From assembly GCA_963823525.1 (NCBI GenBank), contig CAWGLW010000001.1, forward strand, positions 491,252 to 555,251: a stretch of DNA of 64,000 nt. Direction: 5' to 3'. A model generated the notes under the pieces. It worked only from the letters and a program-made list of their open reading frames with translations, was not told the origin of the DNA and ran no database searches. Within the stretch, counting starts at the first letter, position 1. Each line of letters opens with the position of its first letter. This DNA comes from an uncultured Gammaproteobacteria bacterium (GTDB lineage: Bacteria; Pseudomonadota; Gammaproteobacteria; Steroidobacterales; Steroidobacteraceae). A program made the position numbers and the translations under genes. Below are positions 56,064-63,298 of the stretch, in pieces.

Positions 56064-57815
56064 CTACCAGCCGCCTCCTCCACCGCCGCCGCCGCCGCCG
56101 CCCGACGAGCCGCCACCACCGCTGCCGGACCTCGAGCCCGGCGCGGCGGAGGCCGATGAAATCGCATGATCGAGCGACGCGCCGAATCCTGAGGAGAAAC
56201 GGCCCAGGCTGCGCGTGTCCCATCGATTGCCCGAGTACCAGCCCGGCGCATTCTCCGGCGCCTGCGTCGCGAAGACCTCGGAGAAGCGCTCGGCCCAGCG
56301 CTGCTCGACCTCCAGCGCCAGCGCCGCCGGGAGGTTTCGCTCAAACAGACGCGGTGTCAGGGGAGGCGCATCGATGAGCCTGAGATCATCACCCTCCGCC
56401 ACGTCGAGAAACAGCCTGAAGCCTTCGATCTGATCCATGACGGCCCGGCCAGTGACGGTTGGTGCCTTGAGCAGCCTGCCGAACAGGACGCTCATTGACA
56501 GGGCCAGGAGCACCGCCGCAAGCGTTACCCAGCCGGCCGGCGAGGTGAAAAACCAGGCGGGACTGAATCCTCCGAGTGTGATCGGCAAGACGAGGGCCAG
56601 CAGCGCGAGCAGCACGGTAATCGCGATTCCAAGCGCGTGCCAGCCGCCGTTGATCCGGAATAACCGAGGCCTGCATTGTTTCCTGAGAGCCGCCTCGTGC
56701 GCGTCTTTCGCAGCGCCGACGATCGCATGATTTTCGTTTTTCAGTTCGAGCCGCGATGGCCCGGCAAAAAGCTTCTCCAGAAGGATTCGCTCGTCCGCAG
56801 GCAATTCGCCGGCCGGTAGCGGATAGACGCGTGTCAACGCAAATTCGCTCGATCGCCCGAACAGGCCGGCGCTGCTCTGCTCAATCTTCAGGTATCCCTT
56901 TACCGCAAGGCTGAGTACGGCGGCAGCGAAACAGCGATCGTCGTAGCTCATCTGCAGCAGGTAGCGCATCGAGGCGGGCGACTGGCCTTGCGGCGCCTCG
57001 TAAACGGGGACCGGAACGCGCCCCGGCGGATCCCGGCCCGCCTTCTGCCAGGCGCGAAGGAAGTACGCGAGCAAGGCCAGCAGCCCGCCGATTGCCAGGG
57101 CAGCCGGCCAGGCATCCCGGCCGCGGTAACGTGCCTGCGCAATTGCACCAGGTTGGACCACACGGCCCTTGGGCCAGGTAACCACAATCGTCAGCCCCTC
57201 GCGCGCATCGAGCACACGGGTCGTGCGGAAAATGGGCTCGCCGTCCTCAAGGTTTGCTGACCAGCCCCTGCCTTTTTCTCCCTGCTGCCCTGTATAGGCC
57301 TCGAGATGCACTTCTGACGGCGACACCGACTCAGGCAATCGCACGCGAGCGCTGACCGCGTCGATCGGGAAATCCCAGCCGTTTCCCGTCACATTCCAGT
57401 ACAGCTCGTCGTGCTCCGGATAGAAGCCCAGCTGACGGTCGGTGACGTACCTGACCCGGTACGTGTATTCGCCCGGTGAAAGGAAAATGTCCGGGTCTCC
57501 GATATAGACCCGCACACCGTTGGCCCGGATTTCCTCGTGGTGCGGTTCGGCGCGTCCATCGCGCTCGACCCCGACGAGATCGAAACCCGTCACCACCCGC
57601 TGACCTCGCCGGTCTACATACAACGTCGGAAAGTCCCGGAAGATGCCACGGCGAATCGCCGTGCCCTCCGCACGCACCCGCAGCGTCTCAATGACCTCCA
57701 CGGTGCTGTCAGGGCGTACCCGGATGTCGCTGTCGTAAGAGAGGATACGTTCCTCGGCACTGCCGAACGGTGCCGCCAGCCCTATCGCAAGGAAAAGCAG
57801 CAGGCGGTAAATCAT
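56064..57815 (-). CDS. DUF2207 domain membrane protein with poly-Gly C-terminal tail
   Basis: Signal peptide, ILSYDSDIRVRPDSTVEVIETLRVRAEG..IRRGIFRDFP..., YTYRVRY, YWNVTGNGW (DUF2207 N-domain). Central TM helices follow, and the protein ends SGSGGGGSSGGGGGGGGGGGW. Confidence 0.75.
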   Translation of the reverse strand: MIYRLLLFLAIGLAAPFGSAEERILSYDSDIRVRPDSTVEVIETLRVRAEGTAIRRGIFRDFPTLYVDRRGQRVVTGFDLVGVERDGRAEPHHEEIRANGVRVYIGDPDIFLSPGEYTYRVRYVTDRQLGFYPEHDELYWNVTGNGWDFPIDAVSARVRLPESVSPSEVHLEAYTGQQGEKGRGWSANLEDGEPIFRTTRVLDAREGLTIVVTWPKGRVVQPGAIAQARYRGRDAWPAALAIGGLLALLAYFLRAWQKAGRDPPGRVPVPVYEAPQGQSPASMRYLLQMSYDDRCFAAAVLSLAVKGYLKIEQSSAGLFGRSSEFALTRVYPLPAGELPADERILLEKLFAGPSRLELKNENHAIVGAAKDAHEAALRKQCRPRLFRINGGWHALGIAITVLLALLALVLPITLGGFSPAWFFTSPAGWVTLAAVLLALSMSVLFGRLLKAPTVTGRAVMDQIEGFRLFLDVAEGDDLRLIDAPPLTPRLFERNLPAALALEVEQRWAERFSEVFATQAPENAPGWYSGNRWDTRSLGRFSSGFGASLDHAISSASAAPGSRSGSGGGGSSGGGGGGGGGGGW

Positions 57816-58354
57816 TCGGAAACCGACGGGTCCGGCTCGAAGTATTCCGCCGGCAGGAAGTTAAAAATCCGCGCGACGAGCAGGTCGGGGAACGTCTGGA
57901 TCCGCGTGTTCAGGTTATTGACGGTGCCATTGTAATAACGGCGCGCGTGTTGAATCTGCGTCTCGGTTTCGGTCAGGTTCCTCTGCAGGTCAAGAAACCC
58001 TGCGCTGGCCTTGAGATCGGGATACGCCTCGGCGAGGGCGAGCAGGCTTCGCAGGTTCGCGGTCAATGAGCCTTCCAGTCCGGCAGTCTGCGCCGGGCTT
58101 GATGAGGGCATGTCAATCGCACGCAGCGCGGTGACCTGCTCCATCAGCGCACCCTCGTAGCTCGCGTAGCGGCTGACGGCCTGCACCAGCTTCGGGATCA
58201 GGTCGTGGCGGCGCACCAGCTGCACGCCAACATCGCTCCAGGCCTGGGCGACGCGCTCACGATCGCGGATCAGCCGGTTGAAGGCAATGATGCCCCAGAT
58301 CAGAATTGCAGCGGCAGCGGCGATGAGGAAACTCCACATCATGGTGTCGATCAT
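57812..58354 (-). CDS. lemA: LemA family protein
   Basis: N-terminal TM segment, then FNRLIRDRERVAQAWSDVGVQLVRRHDLIPKLV...YPDLKAS..FLDLQ..L..TE..I..AR..YN..V...N...Q.FP. There is a 4-nt overlap with the DUF2207 start. Confidence 0.85.
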   Translation of the reverse strand: MIDTMMWSFLIAAAAAILIWGIIAFNRLIRDRERVAQAWSDVGVQLVRRHDLIPKLVQAVSRYASYEGALMEQVTALRAIDMPSSSPAQTAGLEGSLTANLRSLLALAEAYPDLKASAGFLDLQRNLTETETQIQHARRYYNGTVNNLNTRIQTFPDLLVARIFNFLPAEYFEPDPSVSE

Positions 58355-58404
58355 AGCCGACCCGAACGCGGAATCGACGTGTGCCCAGGTGATTCCCGCT
58401 CCGC

Positions 58405-59931
58405 TCAGTCCGCAGGCACCGTTCTTTCCGACGCCCACTGCCGCAGCGCATCGATTCGCTCCGCCATGACCACCGACAACGGCCGGGTTGCACGAATCTC
58501 GCTGAGCAATTGCCGGCCGGACACCGATTCGCCTTCGGCATGGGCGACGTAGATTGCAGAGACGACGGCCTGCTCGAGTTCGGCGCCAGAGAAGCCTTCG
58601 CTTGCGTGTGCCAGGGCCCTGAGTTCACTGTCAGGGAGTTTCAATCCACGCCGGGAGAGGTGGATCGCAAGCACCTCCGCCCGCACCCGCTCCTCGGGCA
58701 GGTCCACGAAGAAGATCTCATCGAAGCGCCCCTTGCGGACCAGCTCCGGCGGCAGCGCACTGATATCGTTCGCTGTCGCGACCACAAAGACCGCGTTCTT
58801 CTTTTCGGCCATCCATGTGAGGAAAGTACCGAGCACACGCTTTGACGTGCCGCTATCACCGTCACCGGTGGCCAGCCCTTTCTCAATTTCATCGATCCAG
58901 AGCACGCAAGGAGACATGACGTCGGCCGTGCGCAACGCCTCTCGCAGGTTGCGCTCGGACTCACCGTGGTACTTGTTGTAAAGGGCGCCGAAATCCATGC
59001 GCAGCAGCGGCACGCCGTAGATGCCCGCCGCGGCGCGTGCGGCCAGGCTCTTGCCGCAACCTTGTACACCGAGCAGCAGCAGGCCCTTAGGCCGTTCGAC
59101 ATCCGGCAGCGATCCATCGAACGCCGCTTTTCGCTGCGTCAGCCAGTCCTTGAGGCGCCGCATACCACCGAGATCCGCGAATCGCGCCGTATCGTGCTCG
59201 TAGCTGAGTACACCGCTTCGGTTGAGCAGCTGATACTTCGCGTCCATGATTCCCGGCAGGTCGCTTTCGGCCAGCGCCCCGTCATTGAAAATTGCTTTTC
59301 TTGCCAGGCGCTCGGTGTCGGCGGTCGACAGGCCCGACAGGTTTTCGACCAGCATCTCCAGCGCCCGGGAATCGATGCGCGCTTGTGCCGATCCGTTAGC
59401 GCCTGACCATTCAGCGCCGACACGACGGACGATCACTTCGCGTTCATGCGGGGTCGGGAAAGCCAGGTCGAAACGAGCCGCGAAATGATCGAGCTCACGT
59501 GGCAGTGCAATCTCGTGACTCAGCAGGACAACCGTTCGCGGCGCTCGGTCATACCCCTGGCAGATGTCTTTCAGCAGGCGAACGTGAATCGGGTCGCTGA
59601 TAAAGGGATGGAAATCGAGCAGTACATAAATGCCGGGCTTCTCGGTTGCGCGAATCGACTTCAGGACGTCCGCCGGCTCCGAGTTGTGCCGCTGAGCGCC
59701 CCCGAGGTCGATATCGAGACGCCGCAGGCCGTCCGTCACGGTCCACTGGAAGACCGGCGTATGCACCGGGTGCGCCAGCTCGATGGCCAGCGATGAAAGC
59801 ATCGCGAGCACGCGCGGCTCATCGCGCGTCTCGATCACGATGAGCGGTATCCGGCTCCTTAGCAGCGTGGCCAGTTCGCGGCGAGTATCCGGGACTTTGG
59901 GCATCACACCGACTTTATCAGACTGATCCAT
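58405..59931 (-). CDS. AAA+ ATPase, Ycf46-like (degenerate N-domain plus one classical AAA module)
   Basis: GLLLLGVQGCGKSLAARAAA (Walker A), CVLWIDEIEKG (Walker B), VFVVATANDISALPPELVRKGRFDEIFFVDLP. The N-terminal half (IVIETRDEPRVL..., IYVLLDFHPFI) resembles the Ycf46 N-region as I remember it. Confidence 0.75.
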   Translation of the reverse strand: MDQSDKVGVMPKVPDTRRELATLLRSRIPLIVIETRDEPRVLAMLSSLAIELAHPVHTPVFQWTVTDGLRRLDIDLGGAQRHNSEPADVLKSIRATEKPGIYVLLDFHPFISDPIHVRLLKDICQGYDRAPRTVVLLSHEIALPRELDHFAARFDLAFPTPHEREVIVRRVGAEWSGANGSAQARIDSRALEMLVENLSGLSTADTERLARKAIFNDGALAESDLPGIMDAKYQLLNRSGVLSYEHDTARFADLGGMRRLKDWLTQRKAAFDGSLPDVERPKGLLLLGVQGCGKSLAARAAAGIYGVPLLRMDFGALYNKYHGESERNLREALRTADVMSPCVLWIDEIEKGLATGDGDSGTSKRVLGTFLTWMAEKKNAVFVVATANDISALPPELVRKGRFDEIFFVDLPEERVRAEVLAIHLSRRGLKLPDSELRALAHASEGFSGAELEQAVVSAIYVAHAEGESVSGRQLLSEIRATRPLSVVMAERIDALRQWASERTVPAD

Positions 59932-59972
59932 GCTGACCTGCGCAACGGATCACGCCTCCAGAATCGCAGAAT

Positions 59973-60000
59973 CGGGGACAGTTTACTCATCTCGAACCCC
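59973..60000 (+). repeat. copy 1 of the GGGACAGTTTACT-type repeat (single arm)
   Basis: CGGGGACAGTTTACTCATCTCGAACCCC lies in the divergent AAA-ATPase/SRPBCC intergenic region. Confidence 0.8.
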
Positions 60001-60065
60001 ACGAACCTGCCAGCCTCAGGCTCGGCGCCCTCGCCCCGCCCCGGCACAGGCGCAATCTCGAGTCT

Positions 60066-60073
60066 TGTAGAAT
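60066..60073 (+). promoter_or_regulatory. extended -10 promoter TGTAGAAT, 7 nt upstream of the SRPBCC ATG (possible leaderless mRNA)
   Basis: TGTAGAAT at 60066-60073, ATG at 60081, and no Shine-Dalgarno sequence in the intervening CCGCTCG. Confidence 0.35.
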
Positions 60074-60080
60074 CCGCTCG

Positions 60081-60599
60081 ATGAAACACCATGCCTGCCT
60101 GATGCTGCTCGCTACGATGTTCTCTGTGCCCTCGTTCGCCGAGCTGACGCAATCCGGACCGGATGGCGCCAGCATCCGGCACGAGTTTCAGATCGGAGCG
60201 GCGCCGGCCGAAGCCTGGCAGGCACTGTTGCACCCTGAGAAATGGTGGCCCGATGATCACACCTGGTCGGGCAGCTCAGCGCACCTGAGCCTTAACGCAA
60301 CCGCCGGAGGCTGCTTTTGTGAACGCTGGGACGGCGGCAGCGCCGAGCATGCCCGGGTGATCATGGCGCAGCCTGTCCGGATGCTGCGCATGCGTGGCTC
60401 GCTCGGGCCGCTGCAGGAAATGGCCGTAACCGGTGTTCTGACCATTAAGCTGGCTCCGACCGAGAGCGGCTCACATGCCATCGTGACCTACCGGATCAGC
60501 GGTGATTCCAGTCACGCGCTCGAGGGCTTCATGCCCGTGGTCGACAAGGTTATCGGACAGCAGTTTGCTGCCTGGCAGAAGTTCTCCAGTACCGAATAA
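60081..60599 (+). CDS. SRPBCC superfamily protein (AHSA1/START-like) with signal peptide
   Basis: MKHHACLMLLATMFSVPSFA, then ...APAEAWQALLHPEKWW...GGCFCERW..., RMRGSLGPLQEMAV. These are typical of the AHSA1-like SRPBCC family. Confidence 0.7.
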   Translation: MKHHACLMLLATMFSVPSFAELTQSGPDGASIRHEFQIGAAPAEAWQALLHPEKWWPDDHTWSGSSAHLSLNATAGGCFCERWDGGSAEHARVIMAQPVRMLRMRGSLGPLQEMAVTGVLTIKLAPTESGSHAIVTYRISGDSSHALEGFMPVVDKVIGQQFAAWQKFSSTE

Positions 60600-60603
60600 T
60601 TCT

Positions 60604-60676
60604 GGGACAGTTTACTTATCTCGAACCCCGCGGTTTTCCATGCTGGCCGACGCGCTGGAGATAAGTAAACTGTCCC
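60604..60676. repeat. copies 2 and 3 of the repeat forming a perfect 19-bp hairpin (35-nt loop)
   Basis: GGGACAGTTTACTTATCTC (60604-60622) and GAGATAAGTAAACTGTCCC (60658-60676). They lie between the convergent stops at 60599 and 60681. Confidence 0.85.
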
Positions 60677-60680
60677 TGAT

Positions 60681-61329
60681 CTAGGTGTGCTTGCCGGCCT
60701 GCCAGCCGAGGTAATTGAGGTGCGACGAGGCGAACTCGCTCGGCATTGATTCCAGTGCTGTCGCCATCGTGTCGTTCCAGCGGTTAAGGAAGCCAAACAA
60801 CGATATTACCGCGACGATCTGTACGATCTGGCGATCGTTGTAATGCTCGCGCAGACGCGCGAAGTGCGACGCCTCGCTTTCGTTCGGCACGCGCCCCGCC
60901 GCAAAGGCGAGGTCCAGCGCCGCGCGCTCCGCATCATCAAAGGCCGCGCTTTCCCGGTACCGCAGGATGTTCGCCAGCTTGCGTTCGTCGCCACCGACAC
61001 GGTGATCACTGTGTGAAGTGTGCGCCTGGCAATACCGGCAACCAGCGCTCAGGCTGACAGCCAATGCAATCAATTGAACCAGCTCCGCCGAGAGGTTCTC
61101 GGCCGGATCTCCAGCCTCCGGTGCCCTTCTGACTCGCCAGCACCAGCAGTGGCCTTATATCCGCACCAAACGCCGAAGTGCCCAGCAGCGCGAACGCGAG
61201 CGGAAGCTGCGGCATGTGGGCCATGGTGAGCACGCTGTTAGGAACAAAACCCATCCGGGCCTTGACGGCTTCGAGGATCGGCGCCAGATCACTGAGATCT
61301 TCGACTCGTAGTGGGGGTACATGTGCCAT
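60681..61329 (-). pseudogene. carboxymuconolactone decarboxylase / AhpD-like (CxxC) family gene with a single frameshift
   Basis: Track ORFs 61006..61329 (MAHVPPLRVEDLSDLAPILEAVKARMGFVPNSV...) and 60681..61073 (...LIALAVSLSAGCRYCQAHTSH...) are the two halves of one CMD-family protein. Removing one G from the GGG run (plus-strand CCC at 61124-61126) joins them as ...LASQKAPEAGDPAENLSAELVQLIALAV.... Confidence 0.65.
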
Positions 61330-61344
61330 GGCTTTCTCCCATAG

Positions 61345-61391
61345 TTCGGGGACAGTTTACTTGTTTCCGAATTGAGTAAACTGTCCCCGAA
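61345..61391. repeat. copies 4 and 5 of the repeat forming a perfect 17-bp hairpin (13-nt loop)
   Basis: TTCGGGGACAGTTTACT (61345-61361) and AGTAAACTGTCCCCGAA (61375-61391). They sit between the AhpD-like start (61329) and the slyX Shine-Dalgarno sequence AAGGAGG (61393-61399). Confidence 0.85.
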
Positions 61392-61400
61392 TAAGGAGGT

Positions 61401-61616
61401 ATGCCAATGACAGACGATTCACGACTCGAAGCGATTGAGACCAAGATTGCACACCTGGAGCAAGCCGCCCAGGAGTTGAGCGACGTCGTCTATCGTCAAC
61501 AGAAGCAGATCGACGACGTCCTGGCCGCTAATCGGCGGCTCGGTCAGCAGATCGCCATACTGGATGCGCGCGTGCCGAACCCGGAGGGGATCAACGAGCT
61601 GCCGCCGCATTATTGA
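61401..61616 (+). CDS. slyX: SlyX family protein
   Basis: 71 aa. LEAIETKIAHLEQAAQELSDVVYRQQKQID.L...L..L is the typical SlyX coiled coil. There is a strong Shine-Dalgarno sequence. Confidence 0.8.
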   Translation: MPMTDDSRLEAIETKIAHLEQAAQELSDVVYRQQKQIDDVLAANRRLGQQIAILDARVPNPEGINELPPHY

Positions 61617-61688
61617 GACGGTGTCCGCGTCGAAGCGGATCGACTTTGCGGGTATTCTTCGCGGACCAATAAATACTCAGGGGAAACC

Positions 61689-62114
61689 ATGGAACTCAAC
61701 ACGACCTTTCTGACGCCGGTACTCGCGCTTGTGGTCTGGACACTGGTGATGTGGATCTGGATGTATGCGACTCGCATCCCGGCCATGCAGAAAGCGGGGG
61801 TAGACGCACAAGATGCCATGCACCCCGGCTCGCTTGCGAAGCTCCTGCCTTCGGCAACCCAACGCGTTGCTGACAACTACAATCATCTGCATGAGGCGCC
61901 GACGATTTTCTACGCGCTGATGTTCTTCGCCGCATTGACTGGTGGCGCCGACGGCACGGCACTGACACTCGCCTGGACCTACGTGTCACTCAGGGTTCTG
62001 CATTCGCTGATCCAGAGCACCTTCAACAAGGTCGCGCTGCGTTTCGCGGTGTTTGCGACCAGCACGGCCGTGCTGATGGTCTTCGCCGCACGCGAAGTGC
62101 TGCGCGTTCTCTAG
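61689..62114 (+). CDS. MAPEG family membrane protein
   Basis: 141 aa with 4 TM segments. RVADNYNHLHEAPTIFYAL... and ...YVSLRVLHSLI fit the MAPEG family. Confidence 0.7.
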   Translation: MELNTTFLTPVLALVVWTLVMWIWMYATRIPAMQKAGVDAQDAMHPGSLAKLLPSATQRVADNYNHLHEAPTIFYALMFFAALTGGADGTALTLAWTYVSLRVLHSLIQSTFNKVALRFAVFATSTAVLMVFAAREVLRVL

Positions 62115-62183
62115 ACACCGCGGCATCCGGTATCCGCATCGCTGCGCTTGCGGATCCGGCGAGCAAGCGCAGCCGGGGGAATC

Positions 62184-63248
62184 ATGAGATCTGTCCAGAT
62201 CGACCGACTGTCCGATGGATTCGAACACGTGCGGGTGGCCGACGCAGCGATACCGGAGCCGGGCGAGGGCCAGGTGCGGGTGCGAATGCGCCTGAGTCCT
62301 GTCAATCCGTCGGACATCAATTTCATCCGTGGAGACTACCGCGCTGCGCTCGAGCGCGTGATCTGGAACCGTGGTGAGTCCGAGTTGTATTACGACCCGG
62401 ACCGGAAGCAGCGCTACCTCGACCCGCCGTATTCGCTCGGTGGCGAGGGTGTCGGTGTCGTCGATGCCTGTGGTTCCGGGCTGCTGGCCCGGCGCCTGTC
62501 CGGCCGGCGAGTAGCCGTTGCGGCGGGCCCGCCGATGGGAGCCTGGCAGGATTACACGGTCGTCGACGCCAGGAAGGCAATGCCGGTTCCCGATCGCCTC
62601 AGCGATGAGCAGGCCGCCATGTACATCGTCAATCCGCTGTCAGCGTTTGCGATGGTTCACGAGGTCCTCAAGGTTCGACAGGGCGCCTGGTTACTTCAGG
62701 ACGCCGCAGGCTCCGCGCTGGCACAAATGGTCATCCGCATGAGCAAGTTCCATGGCTTCAAAACGATTAACGTCGTGCGCAGCGCGGTGCATCGCCCGGC
62801 GCTCGAAGCACTGGGCGCCGACGTCGTCGTCGCAAGCGACTCCGAAGACCTGCGCGACGCAGTGAAGCATGCAACCGGCGGGCGCGGTGTCGAGTACGCA
62901 ATGGACTGCGTCGGTGGCGAACTCGCCGGACAGATGCTGCGCTGCCTGACGCTCGGTGGGCACATGGTCCTGTTCGGCACGCTGGCCAACCGCCCGATCA
63001 GCCTGCCGTCCAGGGACCTGATGATGCCGGGTGCGCGCCTGTCCGGCTTTCTCGTGCCGAACTGGCTCGCCCGGCAATCGCCGCTCAAGCTGCTCGGCGT
63101 GATTCGCAAACTCGGCAAGCTGGCCGTGAAGGGCATTTTCGATGTCCCGGTGGGTGCCGAATACCCGCTGGACCGTGTGCGCGAAGCCCTCGCCACTTCC
63201 GTGGAGCCCGGGCGGTCTGGCAAGGTGCTGCTCAGGATCGGATCCTGA
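62184..63248 (+). CDS. medium-chain dehydrogenase/reductase (quinone oxidoreductase / enoyl reductase-like)
   Basis: GQVRVRMRLSPVNPSDINFIRGDY, then a GxGxxG-like region (LLQDAAGSALAQMVI), and ...GKVLLRIGS. ATG at 62184 follows GGGGGAA. Confidence 0.8.
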   Translation: MRSVQIDRLSDGFEHVRVADAAIPEPGEGQVRVRMRLSPVNPSDINFIRGDYRAALERVIWNRGESELYYDPDRKQRYLDPPYSLGGEGVGVVDACGSGLLARRLSGRRVAVAAGPPMGAWQDYTVVDARKAMPVPDRLSDEQAAMYIVNPLSAFAMVHEVLKVRQGAWLLQDAAGSALAQMVIRMSKFHGFKTINVVRSAVHRPALEALGADVVVASDSEDLRDAVKHATGGRGVEYAMDCVGGELAGQMLRCLTLGGHMVLFGTLANRPISLPSRDLMMPGARLSGFLVPNWLARQSPLKLLGVIRKLGKLAVKGIFDVPVGAEYPLDRVREALATSVEPGRSGKVLLRIGS

Positions 63249-63298
63249 TCCACTGTACGATGGGCCGCTAGCGCACTCATTCGACGGCACTTGTCCCA

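Noticed and set aside
59973-61391. The repeat cluster read as a CRISPR array or as integron attC sites.
   Set aside because: Spacing is irregular and orientations are mixed. Spacers are whole genes, and no cas genes are present. No GTTRRRY/RYYYAAC core sites or intI gene are present, and the bracketed genes are in opposite orientations.
61345-61391. The inverted repeat containing ACAG...CTGT read as a LexA/SOS box.
   Set aside because: The arm spacing (13-nt loop, 17-bp arms) does not fit CTGT-N8-ACAG. The same sequence recurs at non-promoter positions.
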